Counted from the first letter of the stretch, positions 1 to 7,329 are shown. The stretch: 25,150 nucleotides of DNA from a virus (IMGVR_UViG_3300005805_000452:1-25150), one strand, 5' to 3'. Notes: generated from the letters alone by a model not told the origin. Made by a program: numbers and translations.

Positions 1-86
1 CGCTAGTGGGTGGGACCGTGTGCACCACCCACGTGTACCGGGCCACGCCGACAGGCATGGACCTGCTCAACGAGTTCGAGTTCTGA
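1..86 (+). CDS. Partial CDS (3' end only), hypothetical protein
   Basis: Open frame from the window edge (LVGGTVCTTHVYRATPTGMDLLNEFEF*) ending at TGA 84-86, followed by a terminator-like hairpin. Confidence 0.55.
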   Translation, partial: LVGGTVCTTHVYRATPTGMDLLNEFEF

Positions 87-93
87 TCGAACC

Positions 94-121
94 GTGGGGG
101 GCGAGGAAACTCGCCCCCCAC
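94..121 (+). terminator. GC-rich hairpin with GAAA tetraloop (terminator/processing stem without U-tail)
   Basis: GTGGGGGGCGAG-GAAA-CTCGCCCCCCAC, perfect 12-bp stem 7 nt after a stop codon. Confidence 0.7.
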
Positions 122-124
122 AAC

Positions 125-153
125 TTGACAGTCATAACTAGACCTGATAAACT
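125..153 (+). promoter_or_regulatory. SigA-type promoter
   Basis: TTGACA-17 bp-TAAACT with extended TGn; followed by RBS AGAAAGGAAA and ATG 179. Confidence 0.8.
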
Positions 154-178
154 CAGGAACGACAGAAAGGAAACCCAC

Positions 179-682
179 ATGGGATGGACAGGAGTTTGCG
201 ACCGCCGACCGGCAGTCGAGATTGTGCACGACGAACTGACAGCAGGCAACGAATGGACTGTTGTCGCCAACCGTGGCGCAAAGTATTGGGTGTTGGAGAA
301 AGGCGACACCCGTCTGGCAGTCACGGTTCTGACACGGCGAGAAGGTGGATGGCTCTACACGAAAGTCATTGACGAAGACATGGGGTCTTACGACTACAAC
401 TTTCCTGTCAAGTTTCTCGACTTGCTTGACGAGCCTCGCACCGAGTATTCCTCGAAGTGGCGTGACAAGGTGCGCGAACATCACGCCTCGAAGAAGGCGC
501 AACCGAAACTGGAACCTGGCATGACAGTCGTGTTCGAGACACCGTTGGAGTTCACCCACGGCATCGGCAAGCATGACCGCCTGACATACCTTGGCAAGTA
601 CAGGTTTCGTACACCGACGGGCGCGTTCGTCAGACTGCATAAGTCGTGGCGCACGAACTACAAGTGGTCGATCGACGGATGA
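179..682 (+). CDS. Phage/plasmid hypothetical protein, DUF6927-like
   Basis: Start MGW after a strong RBS (ORF-track start 20 runs through the promoter); motif K.IDEDMG.Y.YN.P..FLDLL...Y...WR resembles DUF6927. Confidence 0.7.
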   Translation: MGWTGVCDRRPAVEIVHDELTAGNEWTVVANRGAKYWVLEKGDTRLAVTVLTRREGGWLYTKVIDEDMGSYDYNFPVKFLDLLDEPRTEYSSKWRDKVREHHASKKAQPKLEPGMTVVFETPLEFTHGIGKHDRLTYLGKYRFRTPTGAFVRLHKSWRTNYKWSIDG

Positions 683-687
683 TCGAC

Positions 688-714
688 GGACCTGGGCAAG
701 TCTCAAAACTGCCC
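688..714 (+). ncRNA. Repeated H-type pseudoknot element, copy 1
   Basis: GGAC-CT-GGGCA-A-GTCT-CAAAAC-TGCCC, 5 nt after TGA 682. Confidence 0.7.
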
Positions 715-720
715 TACGAT

Positions 721-749
721 CTGACAATCATACATGCACCTGATAGAAT
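721..749 (+). promoter_or_regulatory. SigA-type promoter
   Basis: CTGACA-17 bp-TAGAAT with TGn; -10 lies within CCTGA-TAGAA-TCAGG. Confidence 0.7.
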
Positions 750-776
750 CAGGTTCTCCAAAGAGAAAGGAAAGCA

Positions 777-1298
777 ATGCCGAATCATTGTGAGAACAAT
801 GTCTCCATCGAAGGAGACATGTACGACCTGCTGAGGTTCTGGGAGGCGATGCAGTACGACGACGAGATACGTCTCGCCAATCTTGTGCCGATGCCGGACG
901 GACTGAATGACCGTGACGGCGACTGGTGCGGCTGGGCAATCGAGAACTGGGGCACGAAGTGGGGTGACTACGAACACTACAACATGCTTTTCAGTGCCGA
1001 AGGTGGATACATCGACATGTCGTTTATGACCGCCTGGGGGCCGTTCTCCGACGCCTTCTGGCACAAAGTGTCACGCCGGTTCCCCAACCTGACTTTCGTC
1101 GTCTCCTACCACGAACCCGGCATGGTGTTTTGTGGGGCGTCGAAGTATCGGGAAGGTGAGACCGTCGCCCAACGACACATCGACGACTACACGAAAGTCA
1201 TCGGTGAACCCAACTGGTACGACGAGGATAGCGTCGCCCGGTGGCTGGACAGGCTCGCTGATCTCCGTGACGGTCTTGTTCGGGCGTTCGATAGGTGA
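777..1298 (+). CDS. DUF1281/YubB ferredoxin-like domain protein
   Basis: Family motifs MPNHCEN, W..ENWGTKW, F.TAWGP, YHEPG..FCG; RBS AGAAAGGAAAG. Confidence 0.8.
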   Translation: MPNHCENNVSIEGDMYDLLRFWEAMQYDDEIRLANLVPMPDGLNDRDGDWCGWAIENWGTKWGDYEHYNMLFSAEGGYIDMSFMTAWGPFSDAFWHKVSRRFPNLTFVVSYHEPGMVFCGASKYREGETVAQRHIDDYTKVIGEPNWYDEDSVARWLDRLADLRDGLVRAFDR

Positions 1299-1310
1299 GA
1301 CTGGGCGTAT

Positions 1311-1336
1311 GTGGTGGGGGCGAAAGCCCCTGCCAC
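1311..1336 (+). terminator. GAAA-tetraloop hairpin after stop
   Basis: GTGGTGGGGGC-GAAA-GCCCCTGCCAC (11 bp with G-U pairs). Confidence 0.6.
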
Positions 1337-1349
1337 CCATCGCCACGAC

Positions 1350-1378
1350 TTGACAACAACAAGTAGACCTGATAGAAT
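1350..1378 (+). promoter_or_regulatory. SigA-type promoter
   Basis: TTGACA-17 bp-TAGAAT with TGn; near-copy of 125-153. Confidence 0.85.
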
Positions 1379-1400
1379 CAGGAATGACAGAAAGGAAACC

Positions 1401-1736
1401 ATGACAACCATAGACACCATGACATCCGACTTGTTCAGTCGGGTCCGAGACAACATCATCAACACCATCGTCGTCGCCTGGGATGGATGCCACAAGATCT
1501 ACATGGCGATGGACGACGAACAAGCAGAATGGTTCCGCGACAAGTATCCATACGTCGTGGATGCCGACTGTGAGACGATGCTTGCCACCCTTGCGAGGTG
1601 GTGGGAGGAGTCCTGCGGTCTGCGGTTCATCCAGGCAGTCCACACCAACCACGACAACCCAAACGCTGGCTATCAGACCATGATTAGTCAGTTCGAAGAC
1701 GAAGAAAACGAAGACAACGAGGAGGAAGAAGTATGA
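1401..1736 (+). CDS. Phage hypothetical protein (WDGCHKIY / SCGLRFI motifs, acidic tail)
   Basis: RBS AGAAAGGAAACC-ATG 1401; ATGA overlap with the next gene. Confidence 0.8.
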   Translation: MTTIDTMTSDLFSRVRDNIINTIVVAWDGCHKIYMAMDDEQAEWFRDKYPYVVDADCETMLATLARWWEESCGLRFIQAVHTNHDNPNAGYQTMISQFEDEENEDNEEEEV

Positions 1737-1924
1737 GCATCGGCGAATACCTAAAGGCCAACGGCTACCGAAACGTGGCCGAATGGGCACTTGACAGCGA
1801 CTACGAATACCGGCAGGAAATCGACTGCTGGATTGACGAATACGGAAACATCATCGACCCGCGACAGCAACTACTCGCCGCGATCGAAACAATGCTCGAA
1901 TACGACAAAGGAGGAACAGCGTGA
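1733..1924 (+). CDS. Hypothetical protein
   Basis: ATGA coupling, GGAGG upstream, codon usage like neighbours. Confidence 0.75.
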   Translation: MSIGEYLKANGYRNVAEWALDSDYEYRQEIDCWIDEYGNIIDPRQQLLAAIETMLEYDKGGTA

Positions 1925-2049
1925 GAACACAAAGATGGAACGACAACGACAAGTTCGCTTTCGCAACAGCGCGACTGCGAGCACAAACCATCCCCAACAA
2001 GAAGCGAGAAACCAACCGCAAAGCCTGCCGTCGCTGGACAGCAGAATGA
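1921..2049 (+). CDS. Small basic protein (42 aa, absent from ORF track)
   Basis: AAGGAGG then GTGA overlap; MRTQRWNDNDKFAFATARLRAQTIPNKKRETNRKACRRWTAE*; fills the gap exactly. Confidence 0.7.
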   Translation: MRTQRWNDNDKFAFATARLRAQTIPNKKRETNRKACRRWTAE

Positions 2050-2060
2050 AAGGAACAACC

Positions 2061-2420
2061 ATGACAACGACCGTCATCGCCTGTCCAGTCGGAAAACTCT
2101 CCGGGGAAAAGCATTACTTCACCCCCGGCACAGGACAGCGCGTCCACTGGGACGTGATGGGCGACCCGCGCACTAACGTCGAGGTCTGCCCTGACTGCGC
2201 GGAAAGCACTCGCTTCATGCGGGCCGATGCGCCACACATCGTGGCATACGACACGCTGATCGACCTGATCGAACGGACCATCGTCGAACTGAGTGCCATC
2301 AACGCGCTCCCCGCCGAAGACTACGGGATCGTCTACGCGAACCTCGTCGACACTGCAATGCACATGAGGCTCCGTCAAACGGGCGTCATCAAAGACGAGG
2401 ATTGCGAGTTGCAGTCCTGA
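2061..2420 (+). CDS. Hypothetical protein (Cys/His, CPDC motif)
   Basis: RBS GAAAGGAA before ATG 2061. Confidence 0.75.
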   Translation: MTTTVIACPVGKLSGEKHYFTPGTGQRVHWDVMGDPRTNVEVCPDCAESTRFMRADAPHIVAYDTLIDLIERTIVELSAINALPAEDYGIVYANLVDTAMHMRLRQTGVIKDEDCELQS

Positions 2421-2461
2421 AGTAAACCAAATAACATACAACTATCAACAGAAAGGCAACA

Positions 2462-2671
2462 ATGGAAACCACAGAAACCCGTGTAGGACTCTACGGCACT
2501 GACCTGGAAACCTACAAACACAAGCAAGGAACCATCGACGTCGGCGGACTGATCGTCGCCATCAAAGTCATCGATGCACGATTCCGCTACGGACACATCG
2601 ACCTCAAGGTCGTCCCACTATCGGGACGCGGAGAACGGTGGATGGAAAGCGGAAAAGTCTCCCTGCTCTAA
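2462..2671 (+). CDS. Hypothetical small beta-rich protein
   Basis: RBS AGAAAGG; 69 aa. Confidence 0.75.
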   Translation: METTETRVGLYGTDLETYKHKQGTIDVGGLIVAIKVIDARFRYGHIDLKVVPLSGRGERWMESGKVSLL

Positions 2672-2907
2672 AACAGGGGCATGCTCGGTTCGCCGTCCTG
2701 CCGACTGCGTTTCGATGAGACGCACGTCTGGCAGGCGGTTCCACCGATGATCTCGTGAAGAACCGTGCTGCCATCCAACTTTCCCTTGGTGGTTAGACGT
2801 GACCAACCGCGAACACGGAAATACACATCCTTTTCGGATCGGAGAATCTCTCTCCCGCAAAACTCGCAGGTGTATTGAGGTGGCAAAGCGTTATTGTAAG
2901 ACGGCAC
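2668..2907 (-). CDS. Small Zn-binding protein (CEFC...CQTC), probably leaderless
   Basis: Two CxxC motifs; minus-strand promoter places the TSS at the GTG start. Confidence 0.7.
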   Translation of the reverse strand: MPSYNNALPPQYTCEFCGREILRSEKDVYFRVRGWSRLTTKGKLDGSTVLHEIIGGTACQTCVSSKRSRQDGEPSMPLF

Positions 2908-2913
2908 CCTACC

Positions 2914-2941
2914 ATCTTACTAACACTGCTGTCGTTGTCAA
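2914..2941 (-). promoter_or_regulatory. Leftward promoter
   Basis: TTGACA (2941-2936)-16 bp-TAAGAT (2919-2914). Confidence 0.65.
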
Positions 2942-2989
2942 GCCCCGCTAAGAAAGAAAGGTTCGAGCCCCGCTCGCCCTCTTTCTTGG

Positions 2990-3103
2990 GTGCGCGTGCG
3001 GGGCTACAGCGTGTGCGCGTGTCGCTGACGTTTGGTCGGGGTGTGCGCGTGTCGTCGGTTTGGCTGGGGTGTGCGCGTGGGTTTGCTTACGGTGTGCATA
3101 TGT
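2990..3103 (+). repeat. GTGCGCGT repeats (x4) plus ACGGTGTGCATATGT box, module 1
   Basis: GTGCGCGT at 2990, 3013, 3043, 3071; box at 3089. Confidence 0.8.
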
Positions 3104-3123
3104 ATGATGGCTGGACCCTGGAT

Positions 3124-3228
3124 TTGACAGGGCTACTTGTTTGTGATAGTGTTTGGTTTGTCGGGGACGGTGAAGATGCCGTACCGCGGTACGATGATTT
3201 GACATGCCATGCACCCGTATGGTAGTGT
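3124..3228 (+). promoter_or_regulatory. Two tandem SigA-type promoters
   Basis: TTGACA(3124)-17-TAGTGT and TTGACA(3199)-18-TAGTGT, both with TGn and preceded by GAT. Confidence 0.75.
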
Positions 3229-3277
3229 TCACTTCGTCGGGCCAACCGACTAAACCTAAACCTAGAAGGGGGTTCCT

Positions 3278-3775
3278 ATGGCTACTTGCCGTAGTTGTGA
3301 TCTGCCCACGTCGGGCAAATCTTCCTACTGCGTTACTCACAAGCGCGAGGCACGCGAGGCGTGGAAGGCGAAGATCGCGGACGATGCTGTCGCTCGCGAG
3401 AATCGTCGGGCCGAGTATGCCGAACTATGGGCGCGAGCCTGTCGCGAGGCGTGCGAGGCGTGGCGCAATGCCATGCCCGAGGCCATGATCGTGAGTGACG
3501 CGAGCACGGGCCAGCGGTGGCATGTCTCCGAGGGCGTGTGCGGGTTCGCGTCGCTGGTCATCAAACCTGCCAACAGTAGTTTCGCGTACTGGTTGAAGAA
3601 CAATGTTCGCACCAGTAAGCACTATCAGGGTGGCCTGTCGGTGTGGTCGAGCGTGATCGTGCCGGAGGACGCTACCAGCCAGTCATATGACCGGAAGGTG
3701 GCCGCGATGCGAGCCGCGGCTCGCGTTCTCACCGAGGCCGGTATCCGCGCCTATTCGTCGGCCCGCCTGGACTGA
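3278..3775 (+). CDS. Conserved phage hypothetical protein with N-terminal C/H Zn knuckle
   Basis: CRSC...YCVTH; EGVCGFA, QSYDRK and C-terminal ARLD motifs that I recognise from phage early proteins. Confidence 0.8.
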   Translation: MATCRSCDLPTSGKSSYCVTHKREAREAWKAKIADDAVARENRRAEYAELWARACREACEAWRNAMPEAMIVSDASTGQRWHVSEGVCGFASLVIKPANSSFAYWLKNNVRTSKHYQGGLSVWSSVIVPEDATSQSYDRKVAAMRAAARVLTEAGIRAYSSARLD

Positions 3776-3782
3776 CTCCGAT

Positions 3783-3811
3783 TTGACCCGCACCCTTGGG
3801 TCTGCTAGACT
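3783..3811 (+). promoter_or_regulatory. SigA-type promoter
   Basis: GAT-TTGACC-17 bp-TAGACT with TGn. Confidence 0.65.
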
Positions 3812-3852
3812 CAGGGGTGCGGGGTCAACTCCCAACAAACAGAAAGGAAACT

Positions 3853-4137
3853 ATGGACGGCACACTCGAAATCGCCGACAACACAAAGGACAAGATGGTC
3901 GCGCGAGCGATTAGACGGCTCGCCATTATCATCAACTCGAACGGCCTCGATGCTGTCGATGAGACATTCACCTACAGCCCCCGTTACGACCTGAACGTTT
4001 GGGAACTAGAGCGAGGCGAGGACGACGAGTTCATCACCTGGGGCATCACCGCCTACCTTTACAAGGGCGATGTACCGCCCACCGAGGCCGATTTCGTTCG
4101 GCTCGCAACACTCACACTACGAAAGGAATCAGAGTGA
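3853..4137 (+). CDS. Hypothetical protein
   Basis: RBS AGAAAGGAAA before ATG 3853. Confidence 0.75.
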   Translation: MDGTLEIADNTKDKMVARAIRRLAIIINSNGLDAVDETFTYSPRYDLNVWELERGEDDEFITWGITAYLYKGDVPPTEADFVRLATLTLRKESE

Positions 4138-4406
4138 CCACCATTCAAGAAATCAAGCAACGGAACCGCAACGCGGGCCATCACTTCTTCGATGAATCCA
4201 CGATGCGATTCTTCAACTCGCGTGTCTCCGAAAAGACGTTCGGCGACTACTTCGTGACCTCCGAGAAAGGGCCGTCCGGTATCCGCGCCTACACCGTCCG
4301 CTATCAGGACGAGAACGGCCATATCCAAACTGTCGGCGAGTTCCAACAGTACGCCACTCTTCAGGAGGCTCTCGCCGTGGCGCGCATCGCGCACCTTCAC
4401 TCCTGA
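4134..4406 (+). CDS. Conserved phage hypothetical protein (HFFD..TMRFFNSR motif)
   Basis: GAAAGGAA RBS and GTGA overlap; MTTIQEIKQRNRNAGHHFFDESTMRFFNSRV. Confidence 0.8.
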   Translation: MTTIQEIKQRNRNAGHHFFDESTMRFFNSRVSEKTFGDYFVTSEKGPSGIRAYTVRYQDENGHIQTVGEFQQYATLQEALAVARIAHLHS

Positions 4407-4412
4407 CAGAAC

Positions 4413-4439
4413 CGACCTGGGCATGTCGTGAAACTGCCC
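4413..4439 (+). ncRNA. Repeated pseudoknot element, copy 2
   Basis: CGAC-CT-GGGCA-T-GTCG-TGAAAC-TGCCC. Confidence 0.75.
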
Positions 4440-4466
4440 GTCCCTAAACCATCAAGAAAGGAAACC

Positions 4467-4880
4467 ATGAGTTACGAATCAGAAGTAAGCGACGCGCTCC
4501 GCGATCGCCATGAGCGTCAGGCCGTCCGGTTTGAGGCTCGTCTCGCCGACGAACTGCGCGAAGCCATGAACGATGGCACGATCGCCAAATCCCAGATCAC
4601 CGAAACCTGGGAAATCTGCGACATCTGCGAGGGTTCCGGCGGGCATGCTCGTCGGTTCGGCACCATGTTCGGAGACGAACTGCAGGAGGTCGGCGAGGAG
4701 TTCTGGCAACGGTACACCCGCGGTGACCTTGACGAGCCGTGCAAGGAGTGCGACTCCACCGGCAAGGTGCTCGTCCTCGACGAAGAGGCTCTCTCTTCTG
4801 AGGCCCGCGATTACATCAAGGGACTCCGCGACGACTTCTATGAGTCGAAGGCTCTGGAGTGGGCCGAGCGTTTCTGCTGA
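4467..4880 (+). CDS. Protein with DnaJ-type Zn-finger motifs
   Basis: CDICEGSG and CKECDSTG; RBS AGAAAGGAAACC. Confidence 0.8.
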   Translation: MSYESEVSDALRDRHERQAVRFEARLADELREAMNDGTIAKSQITETWEICDICEGSGGHARRFGTMFGDELQEVGEEFWQRYTRGDLDEPCKECDSTGKVLVLDEEALSSEARDYIKGLRDDFYESKALEWAERFC

Positions 4881-4889
4881 AACGCGCAA

Positions 4890-4916
4890 TGACCTGGGCA
4901 TGTCACGAAACTGCCC
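4890..4916 (+). ncRNA. Repeated pseudoknot element, copy 3
   Basis: TGAC-CT-GGGCA-T-GTCA-CGAAAC-TGCCC. Confidence 0.75.
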
Positions 4917-4939
4917 ACCAAAACCACGAAAGGAAAGAA

Positions 4940-5200
4940 ATGACCACCAAATACTTTACCGAATCCGAATGTATGGCTCGGTACGTCAAAGACCCTCACT
5001 TCTGCCCGTATTGCGAACACAGGGGCGTTGAGAGCGAAGGACTGGAAGCAGAATCCGACTTTGCCACCGCTCTTGTCAAGTGTCTCTCATGTGGAAAGAA
5101 GTGGTTTGACGTGTACCAACTAACAGCCATCGAAGTAGCCGACGAAGACCTCTGGGAAGGAGAGGTTGATTACTCGGCAGAGACGATCAGTAAAATCTGA
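4940..5200 (+). CDS. Zn-ribbon protein
   Basis: CPYC...CLSCGKKW; RBS GAAAGGAAAG. Confidence 0.8.
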   Translation: MTTKYFTESECMARYVKDPHFCPYCEHRGVESEGLEAESDFATALVKCLSCGKKWFDVYQLTAIEVADEDLWEGEVDYSAETISKI

Positions 5201-5205
5201 GAGAC

Positions 5206-5232
5206 TGACCTGGGCATGTCACGAAACTGCCC
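5206..5232 (+). ncRNA. Repeated pseudoknot element, copy 4
   Basis: Identical to copy 3. Confidence 0.75.
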
Positions 5233-5255
5233 GCCAAAACCACGAAAGGAAAGAA

Positions 5256-5543
5256 ATGACAACTGAAACATACAATGCCACATACACCCTCTCGTTTGAC
5301 CGCGAGGCTGACGGAGGACCGGGATACGTTCTTTGGCTACTCAAAGAACACGTCTTGGTCTTTCATCTGATAGGGGGCGAACCATTGACTGCTCGCGTTA
5401 TCGATGTGGACATCGACCAAAACGAAGTGGTCGTCACCCCATTCATCGACGGAGCCGAGTCCTACTCTGCCACAGAACTGGAAGAGCCAAAGACCATTCG
5501 TCTCACCATCGGCAGAGACTTCAACAAAGTCACCTACTGCTGA
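5256..5543 (+). CDS. Hypothetical protein
   Basis: RBS GAAAGGAAAG before ATG 5256. Confidence 0.75.
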   Translation: MTTETYNATYTLSFDREADGGPGYVLWLLKEHVLVFHLIGGEPLTARVIDVDIDQNEVVVTPFIDGAESYSATELEEPKTIRLTIGRDFNKVTYC

Positions 5544-5560
5544 CAAGGGAAAGGAAAGCA

Positions 5561-5722
5561 ATGACAGACAAGACGCGCACCCACGTCGCCACCCTTGACG
5601 ACGGCTCGCAAATCCTGATCGACATATTCCCCGAAGGGACTGTTTCGGTCGCAACGCGCCCAGACAAGTGGGCAACCTGGAGTCGGCGTACCGACGCTGA
5701 AGACAAGACATGGAAGGACTGA
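5561..5722 (+). CDS. Small hypothetical protein (53 aa)
   Basis: RBS GAAAGGAAAG before ATG 5561 (MTDKTRTHVATLDDGS...). Confidence 0.7.
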   Translation: MTDKTRTHVATLDDGSQILIDIFPEGTVSVATRPDKWATWSRRTDAEDKTWKD

Positions 5723-5727
5723 AAGAA

Positions 5728-6198
5728 ATGGACTACAAAATCGAGTGGCATCAAGGCAACGAGTCTGAGTCCGGGCGTGCAATGGCCGAATGGTACAAGC
5801 ACACCGGACACGACATGGTTGTTTCCGTGTCGGACGACAAAGGAAACACGATCACCGTCTTCGCTGACGGCGAGATGCGTTACAACATCTACGAGATGCG
5901 CGACGGAAAGATCGAAGACGTTGGCGTTGTTAGGTATTGGGACGACTTCCAGCGATGGGGCATCACTACCGACGAAGACATCAACGACCTTGCAGAGGCC
6001 GACATCGAATGGCATGGAGGAAACATTCTCCTTGGCCCGAACGACAAAGGCTTCTACATTGAAGGAATCAACAACCCCTGGTTCGACGCGTATCTCTACA
6101 GAGATGGTTCGGACCCCGAGCATTTGGACTGCGTTTGCTTCGACATCAACGAGGCGTTGTCCTTGGCGACCGAAAGCCTGGAGGCAGTCACGATTTGA
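5728..6198 (+). CDS. Acidic hypothetical protein (NNPWF motif)
   Basis: Open frame with typical codon usage; start 5728 or 5710. Confidence 0.75.
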   Translation: MDYKIEWHQGNESESGRAMAEWYKHTGHDMVVSVSDDKGNTITVFADGEMRYNIYEMRDGKIEDVGVVRYWDDFQRWGITTDEDINDLAEADIEWHGGNILLGPNDKGFYIEGINNPWFDAYLYRDGSDPEHLDCVCFDINEALSLATESLEAVTI

Positions 6199-6223
6199 TT
6201 TCTGTCAGCCAGTCTGATAGAAT
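6195..6223 (+). promoter_or_regulatory. SigA-type promoter
   Basis: GAT-TTGATT-17 bp-TAGAAT with TGn. Confidence 0.6.
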
Positions 6224-6382
6224 CAAGACAGATAGCAGAACCCTATGCACCCCAGCCATCAATAATGGGAAGAACGGGGGTCTGTAAAGGTGGCACGGCC
6301 CATTGCCGAAGATGGCGAAGGCACGGCACGGCCACCGTACTATCTAAACCTAAACCACACATAAACACAGAAAGGAAACACC

Positions 6383-6847
6383 GTGGGGTACTACATTACC
6401 GTCACCGGAAATATCACTATCAAGAAGTCCGACGAGGACAAGGCGTACAAAGCAATGTGCGCCCTGAATCAGCAAGACGAACTGAAGCGCGGAGGTTCGT
6501 GGGGTGGAGAGCATGACGCTCGCAACCCGCGACCCGAAGGACTCGACCACCACCCTGGCCGGTGGTTCTCGTGGCTCCACCCCGACTATCCGTCGATCTG
6601 CGATTCATTCCTCGCAGTCCTCGAACACCTCGGATTTGAGATCCGCAACGTGAACGAGGTCGGAGACTCCACCACCTACGAACTGTATTACAGCAGTAAG
6701 AGTGGCCAGGAGGAACTGTTCCTCGACGCATGCGCTCCCTACATCACCGGGGAGACATACTGGGAAGGAGAGGACGGGGAGCGGTGGCGCACCATCTACG
6801 TTGATGGCACGTCGGTCACCCAAACGGGACGCACCGTCTATTCCTGA
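6383..6847 (+). CDS. Phage hypothetical protein (MGY... start, W.GEDGE.WR motif)
   Basis: RBS AGAAAGGAAA before GTG. Confidence 0.8.
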   Translation: MGYYITVTGNITIKKSDEDKAYKAMCALNQQDELKRGGSWGGEHDARNPRPEGLDHHPGRWFSWLHPDYPSICDSFLAVLEHLGFEIRNVNEVGDSTTYELYYSSKSGQEELFLDACAPYITGETYWEGEDGERWRTIYVDGTSVTQTGRTVYS

Positions 6848-6854
6848 CAGCAAC

Positions 6855-6882
6855 AAGACCTGGGCATGTCTTAAAACTGCCC
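6855..6882 (+). ncRNA. Repeated pseudoknot element, copy 5
   Basis: AAGAC-CT-GGGCA-T-GTCTT-AAAAC-TGCCC. Confidence 0.75.
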
Positions 6883-7015
6883 GCCCCTCTCAGGGCGCAC
6901 GGCGTGTCAAGCCGTGGGTTAAACGAGGCGAGTACCCTGACGCATGAAGCGAGCAGAGGCTAGGGCCGTTCCCTAGCCGATGAAGCCAGCCACGCCAAGG
7001 CGAACAACCGAACCC
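6883..7015 (+). ncRNA. Candidate structured RNA between two pseudoknot copies
   Basis: Stems CACGGC/GCCGTG, GGCTAGGG/CCCTAGCC, CAGGG/CCCTG; no RBS-led ORF. Confidence 0.4.
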
Positions 7016-7019
7016 TGAC

Positions 7020-7046
7020 CGACCTGAGCACGTCGAAAAACTGCTC
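7020..7046 (+). ncRNA. Repeated pseudoknot element, copy 6 (compensatory variant)
   Basis: CGAC-CT-GAGCA-C-GTCG-AAAAAC-TGCTC. Confidence 0.75.
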
Positions 7047-7156
7047 ACCCAAATATCACCCATTTAGTGATAAAAGATTCCAACATTGCTGGACGGAAGC
7101 CCCGCTCACCGCTACACTTAGCGAAGATGCACGCACCCTCCAGGCGTCGTCGCGAT

Positions 7157-7196
7157 AGCCCCGCCGTTTCTTACTTCCTTTCTGGACGGCGGGGCT
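7157..7196. terminator. 11-bp hairpin with pyrimidine-rich loop
   Basis: AGCCCCGCCGT-18 nt-ACGGCGGGGCT followed by TATCGTTTT. Confidence 0.55.
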
Positions 7197-7243
7197 TATC
7201 GTTTTCCGGCACGACCCACATCGCGAGCGGGGCTCGCGGGCGA

Positions 7244-7329
7244 GTGCGCGTAGATTCGGTGGCTGGAGGTGCGCGTAGATTTGGTGTGGTGTGAGAGTGC
7301 GCGTAGAAATGTGTACGGTGAGCATATGT
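7244..7329 (+). repeat. GTGCGCGTAGA repeats (x3) plus ACGGTGAGCATATGT box, module 2
   Basis: Copies at 7244, 7269, 7297; box at 7315. Confidence 0.8.

Noticed and set aside
20-178. ORF-track N-terminal extensions (starts 20, 1311, 1791, 4859, 5166, 15255, 16793)
   Set aside because: They run through promoters, hairpins or upstream genes; RBS-supported starts lie downstream
4404-5260. Stop-codon readthrough signal (pseudoknot 5-9 nt after TGA)
   Set aside because: Only the 4406 stop is in frame with the next gene; after 4880 another TGA follows within four codons, and the 682 and 5200 stops are out of frame with the next gene
4890-5260. Diversity-generating retroelement TR/VR pair
   Set aside because: The repeat is intergenic with a single mismatch, and no reverse transcriptase is present in the window
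6977-7005. Hammerhead ribozyme core (CCGATGA...GGCGAAC)
   Set aside because: Deviates from CUGANGA and GAAA, and I could not find stems I/III with a cleavage triplet
688-7046. Pseudoknot repeats as a CRISPR array or integron attC sites
   Set aside because: Copies are separated by whole genes, not uniform 30-40 nt spacers; no cas or integrase gene in the window; no attC R'/R'' boxes or long hairpin
7056-7325. ORFs across module 2 and module 1 (7056..7325, 2875..3225, 2948..3340)
   Set aside because: Low-complexity translations of the GTGCGCGT repeats and promoters
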